Source: Anthoceros angustus (taxonomy: Eukaryota; Plantae; Anthocerotophyta). Taken from it: a stretch of DNA of 64,000 nt. The stretch is taken from positions 62,001 to 126,000 of the forward strand of contig VJWM01000249.1 in assembly GCA_010909165.1 (NCBI GenBank), in the 5' to 3' direction. Below the pieces are notes generated by a model. The model was not told where the DNA came from. It did no database searches and worked only from the letters and a program-made list of their open reading frames with translations. Made by a program: the position numbers and the translations under genes. Numbering within the stretch: the stretch's first letter is position 1; the number at the start of each line of letters is the position of its first letter. This document shows positions 22,695-35,745 of the stretch, in pieces.

Positions 22695-25600
22695 ATGCCT
22701 TCTGATCACTCTTCTGCCTGGGACAGGCTGCAGTATGCAAGATCGGATAGGGGAGATAGGGACCGCCTTGTGACAGGGAAGAGGGATGCTTGGGGCCTGG
22801 AAAGAGCGTCGCCTGCGCCACCTTATCAGCGGACACCCCCTCTCTCCTCCACCAATGGGGCTCCTCTAGGCCCTCCCAGCAAGCGGCGTCCTCCTGGTAA
22901 CTTGCTGCACTTTCCCGCGCTTTTCCCCACTGCTCGCACTCTCCCCGCCAAGCGCTACAGGGGGAAGGGAAGGGAAGCGAAGGGAATGGAAAAAAGGGAA
23001 GGGAACGGGAATGGGAATGGAAACATTTCATCTTACTGCGCGCTCCCTGCTCCTCCCTCCCCATCCCCCTCGCGCCTCCTCCCTCCTCGTTTTCCTGCTC
23101 CCACTCCGCTTCCTCCACCACCTCTTCTAACTCTTGGTGTTTTTATTTTTTTCTGTGTCCTCAAGGGCGTCACACCTTTTATGGAGAAAATGGGCGTCAC
23201 GGCGGCCCGTCCAGCCGGGCGGATTCCTCCCCGATGTTTGGGCCTCTGCCGTCGGCCGAAAATGCTGTTCCCCGCAAGTATGACAGGGATGCATGCTATG
23301 CCCCAGGAGCATCTAGCATTTCTGCCACAAGTTTTAACGGGAGTGGTGGAAGCGACTACCGTCACAAGGATGGCCGCGACCCTTATGTGCTGTCTGGGGA
23401 CGCCAGAGACTCGGCTAGCCCCGCTGTCGTGGACCATCTCTCTCGGGCGTACCACCCCCAGCTTTTCTCCGATTGTAGTGGTTCATGGGACAGGGATAAG
23501 CCCAAGGCCAACTCTGGCTGGGACGCACCTCAACGAGGAGATCGAGACCATAGGTTGAGAGGGAAGTCAGACCTGTACAAGAGGTCCGCCTCCTTTCAGC
23601 ATTCTGATTGGTCCAGTGGGGATAGGGATCTTGACATTAGGCCAGACAGGTATGGAAGCTCTCGTGAGTCTCTGTTTACAGATGGGGGCACCAAGGACTC
23701 AACGACAAGCACCCATGACTGGAAACCCCGAGAGAGGTCCTTCCCTACGTCCGCATCCACCTGGAGTTGCAGTTTTTCGGCTTCCAACGGCGGAGCGAAG
23801 GATTTGGGTTCCAGGCATCATGGTTTACTGGAGCTGCCACCCCTCATATCCTCTCCTCAGCATTCACCGTTCTCGTCTCCTACTTCGGTTAATGTGGAAG
23901 GTGTCCGTGATGACGGAAACTTTTCCTCCCCGAGGAAACGCCCTCGGTTGGGCTGGGGTCAAGGTTTGGCCAAGTACGAGAAGAAGAAAGTGGTGAGCGA
24001 CGAGGGTGTCGTAGTCTCAGCAACAAGCGATGCGCCCCCAAGTGAGCTGCAACCGGCTGGTGAGAAGTTGCCGTCTCCTGTTTCCCAGGTGGCTCCTGAG
24101 CTTCCGCCCTCAACCCCAGTTCCATCTTCTGCCAGTACAGGTAACTGAACAAGACTGCCCCTGAAGTAACGCCTCGTTGATGGTGTTGGTGCTGGCGGAT
24201 CACATATTTGCACATGTTGACGCTGTTTCTTTTTGGTTCGTAGATTTACCGCAAGCATGTGCTGTGGTCGATGAACCGGCTGCCACAGAGATTGCACCAG
24301 ACGCTAGTGTGGCTGACGCAGGAAAATCCCGGCCGCATGCTGAAGGTTTTGATTCTGCCCAGCACCCAGTGAAGTTTCTTGAGAGCTCCGAGCCTGGTCA
24401 AATTCTAGAAGACCAGATTGGCTTGTGCAGCTCCGAACCTGATGTGTCTACTCAACAGCCGGAAGTGACCTTGAAGATTCCGCCTTGTGTGACAGCCACA
24501 CTTGCGGACACTTTGGATGGAGCATGTACGCAGGACCTAACATCTTCTGTCAAGGAGGAGCTGCCCTTGCAATCAGAGAACGTGGATGTCGTGGGTGATT
24601 CAGTGGACAAGGACATGGACCAGAGCATGTACGTAGACACCGTAGCAGGCTCTTTGACTGATCTTGCAAGGGCTACTTGTGGGAATGGCGAGGAGTTGGT
24701 ACCAGGGTCTGAAGCATCAGGGAAGGTTGTTCCTCCTGATTGCATATCTCCTGCTGAAATGACTATTTGTGCAGCTGCTATATCTGTGAGGGATTCTGCA
24801 GAAAGTGGTCATTCAAGGACTATGGTTGACGCAGTCTCAATGGGGGACAGTCTGATTCTTGACAAGAGTGTTATTCCTGTGGACTCTGCCAATGTGGAAA
24901 CTGGTGGGCATGAGATCATCCATGTGGATGTGGAGGATGGTCCTGGGATTACTGCAGGGGCCCAACATCAAGAGGATGTGAGCACTCAAGTTGTGTCAAG
25001 TCTTCTTTCTGAGGACTTGCCTGTTGCCTTTCCGAAACCATTGAATGCTAGACAAGAGGCTCGTCTCGAAGCCTGTGAAAGCACTTTCAAGGTGCTGTTT
25101 GGTGAAAACAGGGAGTCTGCTGCTGCTGCCTCTGAGGCTCTTTCGCATCTTCTTGCAGAAGGAGCTCATATTGGCAGTGAGAAGCTCTATAGCTCACCTG
25201 CTGAGGCCAGTGTTTGGCAGGCAAATGTTGTCAGTCACAAGAGGATCAAGCAGCAGATGCAGGAGAAGATCTTAGAACGTAAACATTCCCAGGCATTGAA
25301 GGAGAAGGTGCTGGCAATCAGGTTCCGTGCCTGCAAGGAAGTGTGGAGTCAGGAGCACCTTGGGAGTACCAGTCAAAGGAGAGATCGCGCTAAATCAGTT
25401 CGTAAATGGGATATGGAACGAAGGAATGCATCCGCTTTCTGCCAGAGATCATCTTTGCGGTTGCGCACCACCCCGTCTGGTATTTATTGTTGGCATAGAG
25501 CTCTGATTTGTAGATATCCTGCCAGGTTATCTAAATCTCTTTTCTGTACTTACGTGAAAGCTGCACTTGGGGCAAGGTCTAAACTGACTGATGCATTTCC

Positions 25601-28600
25601 TTTGTCAACCAGGTGCAGTGAGGCCTGACGCAGCAGCAGAAGAGGTACAAGTTGTGAGGAAGCTAATGTCAGAGCCCATTGAGCAGTTTAGGATTGTGCA
25701 ACGGATGCCTGCTATGATCTTGGATGAGAAGGAGAGGTACTTCCGCAGGTTTATTACGAAGAATGGGCTGGTTGAGGATCCTGTCAAGGCTGAACAGGAG
25801 CGAAAGCATATCAAACCGTGGACAATTGAAGAGAAAAAGCTGTTTATGGAGAAGTTTGCTCTGTATTCCAAAGATTTCAAGAAGATTGCATCATATCTGG
25901 ACAATAAGAGTACTGCTGACTGTGTTCAGTTTTACTATCGAAATCAAAAGTCTGAAGATTTTGACAAGATCCGCAGAAGACAGGAAGCTATGCAATTGAA
26001 AAAGAGGAGAGACTACTCTCAGTCTAGTGCATCGTATCTGGCGACCACCACACCTGCTAGCAATCGCCATAAGGAGGCTAATGCAGTTCGAGTTGAGGCA
26101 CTGACAATGGCTGTTGCCACTGCTTCAGGTTCAGCAGGTGTACGGGATCCTGCAAAATCTGTCAGAAGTGTGCACAAGCCAGTGGACCGCACCAAGTCCT
26201 GCAATGGTGTTGACGTGGTGACAACAGAAGGTGCTACTGGCATGAGGTCTGCAACTGTAAAAGAGAGTAAGGCTGCAACGGATCTCCTTGCTGTGGCTGC
26301 TGGCTCTCCTGGGTTCGGAGGGATTGCATGCAGCCTGAGCAGCGCAACAACAGTGCCTAAAAATTACAGGGAGCGGCTAAATGCCAAGGCTGGTGCTGCA
26401 GTTGGCATCGTACCTGCTCGCAATGGTAATGTGGATCATCAATCTGGTCCTAAAGGTGTGCGACGCATTCAGGTTCGGCGAGAATCGATGAGAGCTACTG
26501 CTGAGGAAGTGGAATCCCAGTGGTCGGAGCGGGAAAAACAGCTTTTCACTGATGCTCTGGCTACTGTGGGCAAAGACTTCAAGAACATATCCCTGCAAGT
26601 TGGTACGAAGACTCAAGGCCAGTGCAGAGCCTTCTACAGTAAGTCAAGGAAGAGGCTGGGTCTGGATCAGCTGGTGGAACAAGCTGAAGCCATGATCCAC
26701 ACAAGCATGCCAACTGTGGATGCAGCTGTGGATGTAAGATTGCCTGTTGAGGAGGTAACCGTAAGACAGGAAAGCCCTGTGAAGGAAGCTGTGGAAATGC
26801 CTGCTGCTGATGTTCAAAAACTGGAAGTCTCTACCACCGGGGATTTGGATAGTTCTGCTGCTACTGAAGCTCAAGTCGTGGAGGTTGAGGGGGTGTTACA
26901 GCAGACTACGATCCAAGCAGAGGGTATGGCAACAGACACCGATGCAAGCAGTAATTGTATAGTTGAGGGTGATGTCATGGCGTCATCTGTTCATGCACCT
27001 GAGGCTGTCCCTCAGCCTGCTACTGTAGAGGCGGGTGAATATTGCAAGGTGAAGGAAGAATGCACAGGCACAACGTCGGTGGAGTCTGTGAAGGAAGAAA
27101 CTGCTACCGCACGTGAGTCTGAGACGGGAGTAGTAGAGGAGAAAACTTGTACAGAAGCTGAGGTCACTTGTAGTCAGTCTTGTCCTATTGTACATTCTGT
27201 CGAGATCCTGCTCAAGGAAGAGGCGGTTGAAGAGAAGCAGGCTAATGCATCTACGGTAATCATGGGAGAGCTCTCGGTGGATGGGCCTCCCAAGTCTGAT
27301 GCAATTGAAAGTACACCACTGAGCTGCGTTGCTGAAGTGACAGTAGTGGCACCGGTGGAGCCAATGGTTAGCCATGTAGTGGTTAAGCCAGAGCCTGAGT
27401 CTCCGTCTACCGGTATCTCGTTTGTCAGCGATTCTGCCTGTACAGCTTCTGTGAGGCCAGCTAATGTCCAGTCAGCTCCTCCTGTTGTGACAGTCCCTCC
27501 TGTTCCTGTGGTCAAGGGTCTGAGGGGGGGTTTGGGGGGAGAGTCTAAGCCCAGGAGGGAGCCTACATCGTGGACACAAGAGGAGAAAGAGAAGTTTGCC
27601 GAGATAATTCGCAAGCATGGAAAGGATTGGGCTCGTTTGCATGAGAGTTTGCCTGCCAAGTCTCTGACTCAGATCAAGACTTATTTTCAAAACTCAAAAG
27701 CAAAGCTAGGTTTTGCTCCACCTGAGGGAACGGGTCAGGGTGGTCGAGGTGGGGGAGGTAGAAAGAGGAAGGCTGATGATTCTGATACTGGCAGTAACGC
27801 GGGGTCTGCAGGTCAGATGTTGCAGCAGAAGGGTGCAGGTCTGTCAGAGGACTCAAGTATTAAAGTCACCCCAAGTGCCATCCAAAGTGCTGAGAGTCTA
27901 GCTTATGCACTTTTTGGCAGACCTGGTGGACTGTCTGCTGAGGAGAATGTGAGTAGTCTTCACAAGCTTTTGAGACACATGCTTCCGAGTGGCTTTCCTC
28001 AACAGTCAGGTCTGTTTCCACTTTACCATCCTTTATTTTCTCCTATGCAACGAGCAGCACATTTGAGCGTGCAGCAGCAACAGCTGTCCCAATCCGCAGC
28101 TCAACTTCCTCAGCAAATGGTGAGCTCACATCCGCAAGGGCTGCAGCAGGCTGGTGTATCTCAATCCCTCTTACAGCAGCAAGTACCGCACATGCACCAT
28201 CACCCGACAGCACAGGCACTGGCCAGAAAGCAGCAAATTCAGCAATCGGCTCAAGTGATGGGAGTACCTCAAGCTGGACATTTGAATGTTGACGTCCAGC
28301 ATGTGCTTCAGAAGGCACAGCCTGCACAATCCCAGCAGGTGCTTGGCCAGTCACCTGCCCAGGGCCAAGGTCAGCCCCAAGGCCAGCTGTCCAGCCAGCC
28401 TCAGGGGGTCATTCCTTCTCAACATCAGATTCAGGCTTTCCAGCAGCAGTATCTTAACCATGCTCAACAGCAAGTTGCGCTTCAACAGACTCAGAATCCA
28501 GCGCTTCATCTGCAACCCTTTCAGCAAGCTGCTCAGCAAATGCATCAGGACCATGGGGCTCATCATGTGATACAGGGACAATTCAAGCAGCCAGGAAAGT

Positions 28601-30384
28601 TACAGCTGCAAACGCAACAGGGGCAATCTCAGCAGCATCAGCCTGCAGTGCAGCTTCACCACCTTGACCAGCACCAGCAAGTCGAGCAGCAGATGTTGCA
28701 ACAACTGCACCATGGATCACAACCTCTCCAGAGCCTTCTGAGGGAAGCCTTGCAACCTCCTACTTCTCATGGTGTTTCTGAGTTAAACATCACCCAGACT
28801 GATGTGGATCCCAGGATGACTCCACACATACGTCAGCTTCCTAGAGCAGAGGAAGTTCAGCTTTCAGGGCATGTCAGCTGCAGCTTAGGGAAGGATGGGG
28901 ATCAAAATAGGAGCGTTGTGGCATTAGGTGCTGATGGCCTACTTCCTCAAAACATGCGTCCAGGAGATGTGAAGCTGTTTGGGCAATCTCTGCTTACTCA
29001 GCCATCTTCCAGTGCTCCTATGCAGCCAGCCTTACATCCACGGCAACCTGCTGGGAATGTTTCGGGGGAAAGGTCTGTGCAGAGTACAAGTTTTGTAAAC
29101 AGTAGCTCATCGCATTCACTTGCCAGCATTCAGACTTCTGCTTGTATGTTGCCTAGTACCGGTATTTACAAGGAATCTGGCTCTCTTCCCTCTTTTGGGC
29201 GAGCAGGTACTCCTCTGGTCTCAGCAGAGAGTCGTCATCCAAGCTGGCCAAATGTCTTGGCTAACAATGTAGGGATGTGGACTAGCATGCTAGGCAGTGT
29301 GCAGGGTGGTGGTGCAACAGGTAGTGGGGAATCTGAGTCTCAAAGTGCACAGGAAGCGGTTGCTCTTATGACCGAGCGTGTAAGTCGTGAAGCTCGCGAA
29401 TCTGAGGAGAATCATGGTGGTCATGCATCCACAGAGGCTATTGCAAGTTCAGCTTCTCATGCCTCTCCGCCTGTGAAAGCACAGATTGATCAGCTCCGGC
29501 GCCTTCATGCAGAAATGCAGAGAGATGAGGGTTTTGCCTCTTTGGATCCAGCAAGGACAAATATCTTGCCTGACCAGTCTGGGCCACTTTTGGGAGGGGC
29601 AGAAGCTGACAGGAGACATGATGCGATCTCAAATGGGTCTGTGGATCGTCCAGGAAATGCTGGCCTTGTTATTGGTAGAAATGGACGAGCTTCGACGGAC
29701 CTTGGTGTCTCTGGAGCTTTGCTGTCTGCCGGTAGTATGCCTCCAACAGCTCAGCTCCCCCGCCAGGTGGTTGATGCTTTGATGGCAATTGCAGAATGGC
29801 AAAGTCGCACACAAGGCCAGTTTGTTGCTGCCGCTGCTGCTGCTGGTGCTGCTCAGGGTCGAAGCAGTGTCAACAACGACGCAGCTGAGATTCATTCTCC
29901 TTGGGCTGGAGAGCCGCAAGGGTTTTGGCGGGAGTCCTTTGCAGGAGCGAATTCAGTGTCATCGGATGCAGTCAAGACAACAGGATTGACGAATCCGAGT
30001 GCAGCATTAGCAGGCTTAGCTGCAGCTGCAGCGGCCACTATGGGCCAAACACATCTTGTGACTGTACCGGAGGTCTTGCAGCATGTCCGGGATACTGGTA
30101 TGTACTTTGTCCCACCGATAGGGCATTCGATGCATGTGTCTGGAGCCAGCCATGTAGGCCTTTCCAATGGAACATGGGGAGCTTCAGGGACATCTAATGG
30201 CCAAGGGGGAGTAGTGTTATCAGATTCCCAACAACGAATTCTTTTACAGCCCGTCGTTTCTTCTTTTCGTGGTAGCATCTTGCCAACCTTGCCATGGGGG
30301 GTTGACGAGCATTTGAGACCTCCTCCTTGTAATAGTGAGTCCAGTGGTAGGGATTCCTCTGTTGAACATCACACATCTAGCTAG
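22695..30384 (+). CDS. PWR: POWERDRESS/NCoR-like multi-SANT protein, 4 exons (22695-22896, 23166-24140, 24244-25479, 25613-30384)
   Basis: MPSDHSSAWDR start (alternative in-frame ATG at 22626), RKRPRLGWGQGLAKYEKKKV, MPAMILDE..NGLVEDP..PWT SANT, two further SANT repeats and GDVKLFG. Splice phases are consistent. Confidence 0.88.
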
Positions 30385-31482
30385 CTAATAAATTTTGTTG
30401 GTGATGGTCTTGGGCGGCACAGATTGCTGCGAGCCTCATCATTTGTAAGTCTATATCAGGTCCTCGTGTATCTGTCCTCGACGGGAAAGCAGCGGACGGA
30501 GAAACCTGCTCGCCCATTTGTATCAATATAGATCTCCCCGGAACCATGCTGACGTTCTGCCAGCTGGGTTCTGCGGGGATGCTTCTGTTGTGCATGGATT
30601 TGGGTTCTTTTAATCGTGAAGTAATAATGCAGCTGGAGGTTGGCTAACGCCGTACGCGTCGACAGTGGTAGCCATTGTCAATTGGACTACCTACACACAG
30701 AGTTCGACGATAACCCAAAATTGAGAGTTAGAGTTTGAGGACAGTTTTTCAGGAACTTAGCTTTTACCAAGCTTTAGGATGTTTTTCAGACAGTTTATTT
30801 CCGCTTATAATTCTGTATACTAATCATGGAAATTGACTCGTTTCTATCTGTTTAGCTAGAAATTATAATCACAATTGGCCAAATTTTTAAGTAATGCTAA
30901 TTTTTTAAGAGAGTCTAAATTAAGCATTTTGATGACCTTTAGAATCTTATCGGGATGTAAGGTAAATTGAGGCAAGACCGTCATGATATGCCTTAACGTT
31001 GGGGAGGCTGTGCCTAGTTCGGTCCAACACATCCACGGAATTCAGGGCTAGGAGTTCCACAAATACTTGGGCACCCCTATCTAGTAAGGGGATGAGAATG
31101 GTGAAGTTGGCCGTTATGTATTTTCCAAGTTTATACGGAAGGCAAGATCTATGCACATCCTAGAGCTATCCACCCCGGCGAGGGTGGTTGGAACATAGGA
31201 TACAAAGGAGTTAGCAGGACGGCAGCACGCGTGCCAAACGGGACAAGACTACCATGGTTGAGCAGCCGAGGAAATTGGACGCCCACCTCTGCCCGGATTC
31301 CCTATCTTGGGCTGGAGTTCAAGAGTTGTTCAAGATTGGTGCTCCTCTCTTTCAACGGGCAAAATTTAACACATTGTCTATGTCCCTCCTCCAACGTGAG
31401 CTAGACTTGGCGTCGGAATGGATCCGAGACGCCGAGGTTCTCGACTTTGATTCCCGCTAGATGGGTAACATAGGGTAGACTT

Positions 31483-32150
31483 TGTTAGGAATCGTAGTTA
31501 CGTTACCTAGTTCGCTAAGCGAGCCTCGTTACACAGCACGATCGTGACCCTTTGAATAGACACGACGGTTCAAAACTGTTAAGACGTATCATCCCTATCA
31601 TGTGTACAGTATACACTTTTTCAATACAATGTTCTGTCTTCTCTCGTGGTATCAGAGCCGAAGTCTCTATAATCTTTTCACTTGTGACCCTCTAGATTCA
31701 TCATGGACAAGAGGTATCCTCACCATGATTGTCCATATATTTCTAGAGGTAGAAAGCACATTCCAAATGATAAGAAAAAATTCAAGATCACCACATGTAC
31801 AACAAGATCTTTTAGGGTCTCAAGTGAGCCTTGCAAACTAGAAAACCACTCATAAATTACTAAGACAATTATTCAGCCATCAACAAGCTAGATGTCATCA
31901 TCATGCCTCTCAATTAAATAGCATGATAAGCAATCTCCCTCCAGGACGAAAACCCTCTCCTGCAAGTGGGTGTTCAAACTTAAGTTAATTGCCCAAGGAG
32001 AAATCGCAAGATACAAAGCTAGGTTAGTAGCTAGGGGGTTCACTCAGGTTGAAGGATTAGAGGAGACGTTTTTTCTCCTGTTGTAGGATCTCAGTCAATT
32101 ATGATGATCTTAGCTCTCGTAGCATAATTTGATCTTGAGCTCAACAACGT
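31483..32150 (+). mobile_element. Internally deleted Ty1/copia remnant (possible short LTR, tRNA-iMet PBS, RT fragment)
   Basis: TGTTAG at 31483, PBS TGGTATCAGAGCC at 31647-31659, and CKWVFKLK..ARYKARLVARGFTQVEG at ~31960-32060. Confidence 0.82.
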
Positions 32151-32164
32151 CTCTCAGCATAGTA

Positions 32165-32519
32165 GCTCTGATACCGTAATGATTTATGAGAACATCATTA
32201 GACTCGGGCACAACCGTGAGTGGTGACAAGAGAAGGACTTAGGCTGCAGGTGATGCTCAAGATTGTTTCATTCAAGTTCCAGAAAGAGAGAAAAGAAGTC
32301 ATAAAACTAATCTAGTAAGATAACCGTCTTATCTTGTAATGAGAACTATCATAACCGGCGTGTAAGATATGGTAAACAATAATTATTATATCCTCATCTC
32401 AATACCATTCACTATTAGGATAGGGTGTTATCTAGCCTGATTACTCCTTGAGAGAATCATTTCTATTGAATTTTGTGGCTTAGGCAACCTTGAAGTTTAT
32501 CATATATTTTCTTCAATCA
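32165..32519 (-). mobile_element. Possible second LTR plus PBS remnant in opposite orientation
   Basis: GGTATCAGAGC on the minus strand at 32165-32175. The LTR boundary is only tentative. Confidence 0.4.
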
Positions 32520-32531
32520 GAAGATAAGCTG

Positions 32532-33040
32532 TAAAGAATGCAACTTGTTTCTCTTTCCATAATATGTATTTTTCTGTCAACTTGCACAACAACTTGGAAA
32601 GAACCTATCATTATGAAAGAAAACCTCATGCACTTCCTTCAACCTTGTTCTACATCGTTGTCAACTTGCACACTAAGCTGTTGAAAACCAACCTTACACT
32701 CAAACTTGTAAAGAATTTTATTATCATTTCACAACAGTCATCCTTGTGAAAAAGAAATATATTATTATCTTAAAGAATGCAACTTGTTTCTCTTTCCATA
32801 ATCTGTATTTTTCTGTCAACTTGCACAACAACTTGCGAAGAACCTATCATTATGAAAGAAAACCTCATGCACTTCCTTCAACCTTGTTCTGCATCGTTGT
32901 CAACTTGCACACTAAGCCAACCTTACACTCAAACTTAACCTTACAACCAACTGAAAACCAACCTTACACTCAAACTTGTAAATAAATGTATTATCATTTC
33001 ACAACAATCATCCTTGTGAAAAAGAAAATATATTATCTTA
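32532..33040. repeat. Tandem duplication of a ~240-265-bp AT-rich unit
   Basis: taaagaatgcaacttgtttctctttccataat starts at 32532 and 32771, with near-identical continuation. Confidence 0.92.
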
Positions 33041-33783
33041 CAAGAATACGACATCATTTCACAACTATTTGTTGGAGAACCCAACCTTACACACTTGAGA
33101 AGGGCACAGCCTTGTGAAAAACAAAACCCATTGATATTTCACAAAAACCAATATAATTTCTCAAGATCCAATAATATTTCACTAGAACATGGCCATTGTC
33201 AATATAGAAGAACTCAACGTTGTTTCACGAGGACCCAATGACGTTTCATAAGAAACCAGTAGAATAGCACCGTGGGGCTGAGTTCCAAACATCAATCATT
33301 AATCCACCACGATAGCACTACTCTTTCACACATGATAAGGCAGGGTTCTCAAACATCAATCTACCATGACAATACTGACCTGTACCAGCGGTATGGAAAC
33401 CGTGATGGCTTCTAGGCTCAACAACTACAGGCTATCAAAGGGTCATGAGAATTCGTAGTGACACCGGGCCCCTTTCCCTTTTTTGTGCTGGCTTGTCCAA
33501 AAAGCTCAGCTGTTATGGGCAGTCCCTTGTAAGTAGGGTGTTCGAGACAAATGATGAAGGCATCCTTGAGAATGTTAACTACAGATTCCGCAAAAACGAG
33601 GGAGGCATTACTAACGAGGGCAACATTGTCGACTGATTCCCTTACAGGGAGCTAAGGGGACTTTTGAGGGCAGACCTCCAAGAGGAGTTTTCCACCGTGT
33701 TGCTCGTAATGAAGCAACAAAAATTAGGAGGCAAAGGAAAAGCGAACTTAAGCCAGAAGTGTTCGGATGCAGCGAACTCAGCA

Positions 33784-35249
33784 CTAGCGAGGGCGCTCTG
33801 AGGTGGAGGCCTCCGTAGGAAGTCCTGTGTCACTTCGATGGGGTCTTCTGGAAACTACTTCAGCAGCCCAAGCCTTCCCTAAGTCAGTTTGAAACTTTCC
33901 TGCACAACATCCACATTCCATCAGCAAAGAACATCCCAAACTGCAGCAAACAGTATTGGGCCTTGTTCTTACCTGCTGTGGTTCTGAAGAAGTCATCCAA
34001 GTTCTTCCCCTGAGCTGTGGATCAAATCAAACAAGGTATAAGTGCTGGGACATCTTCTACCCATCAGCTTCGCAAGAGTCAGGAGAGGAATCAGCATCCA
34101 CAGAATCGGCAAGGCAGAGGTACTGGGACATCTCCAATCAGTTTGGCAGCAGTAGGAAGAGGCGTCGGAACCCCACCTTTTTCATATTCCACGGCTTGCA
34201 AAATGAGCTCGATCTGGAAGGAAAGAGCCTCCGTGTTAAGCATGCCAGCATGTAGAAAAGAAGACTTAACCCCATAGCAGGCAAGGTAGAACGCAATAGC
34301 TGACCAGACTACCACCACCTTGGCTCTTAGAAACAAACCTTATCAAAGTCCTTCACAAGCTTGGCCTCAGGCGTAATATTGTCCTCATATTCTGACCATA
34401 GCTCCTTCACTTCCTTCGCTGTTTTACGGGTAAGAGTTATCATAGACAGACTGGAGTGTCTTGCTCGAGACAAGAATCAATCTTCACTGCAGGCGGCGAT
34501 TATGCAATACAAAATCACATACACAGTGAAGTGACCCACTACGTACCAGCGGGTCCTTCGCCCAAGAGCTTACACATCTGTTCAATAGCATCCCTCTCCA
34601 AAGCGCTCTTCCGCTCTTTGGGGATGTTATCAGCTGGTGTGATGTCGCCAACGATGGCTGCACCGACAACCAAAGACGATTGGTGACTGGAATTCGAACA
34701 GCGGAAAATGCTCTCCATCTGCCGGGAAAGAAGTGGTGCAGCTGACCTTCAGCAATGTCGTGAACCACAGCCATCTTCACAGTCCTGACACAAGAATCCA
34801 GGCCAATAAGCCCATAGGGACACGCACAACGCAAACCACTCCACCCTCGCTCCGTGGGCGTGACAGGAAGCGTTACCTGTCTCTGTTGACGCCAGGGAGA
34901 TCCGGAGCAACGAGGGCCATCACAGACATGCGGTACATGTGGTCCGCGATGGATTCCGACTCCTTCACCTCGTGATTGACCCACCCTGCCCTTTTGGTTG
35001 TCTGCACACATTGTGCAGTACTGCTTGAATTGGGCGCGGCAGCAGGTTCCAGGCACGGAGAATTCGGCACACGCCAGCCAGCCACCCTCCCCCGGCAGCA
35101 TGCATGGAATTCCCCGCAACACGGGAAGCAATGCTGACCTTAAGGCTCTGGCAGAGCGTGAGGAACTCGATGGCGGAGAAGGCGGACTGCGGCGGCCTAT
35201 GAGCGGGCACGGGGCTCCCGAGCCCACCATCCTGCTGCTGCTGCGCCAT
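33784..35249 (-). CDS. HD domain-containing protein (HDDC2-like 5'-deoxynucleotidase), multi-exon
   Basis: IEFLTLCQSLK / TTKRAGWV..ESIADHMYRM / KMAVVHDIAE / AIVGDITP / ELWSEYE..EAKLVKDFDK / ELILQAVEYE / GKFQTDLGKAWAAEV, joined by GT-AG introns. Confidence 0.92.
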
Positions 35250-35745
35250 GGCGAGTAAGGCCCCGCGGCGGCGACAAAGCGGCGCGGGCGAGGAGCGGAG
35301 GGAGCGTGGTGCGTGGTGGGAGGAAGCAGGAGGGAGAGCAAAAGCACAAGACCTGAAGTGTCTGCGGCGGAGGCGGGGGCTGAGGCTGAGGCGGAAACTG
35401 AAGCGAGAAACGGCGGCCCCAGCTCCGGCAGAAGCAGCGCCGCCGCCCCCGTTCCTGCCGCAAGAAAAGTTTCAGGCCAGCGCCAGCCCATGGGGCATCG
35501 ACGGCCGCTGCTGCTGCCGCAGCCACTCCCGCCTCCCTCACACCCTCTGATCTGGTAACAGCCTCATCGGCCCTGCGCGATTCTGCCTGCCTGCCGCCTC
35601 GCCTCCGTGTCGGTCCTGCCGCCGGCCGTGGCATGGCCCTGGAGCGGAAGCAAGCGGACCTCCTATTCGTGGGCCCGCCTGGCATGGCCCACCACCACCA
35701 CGGCCCCGCCTGCACTACCTGCCAGAGCTTGGAGCGGCAGCAGAT

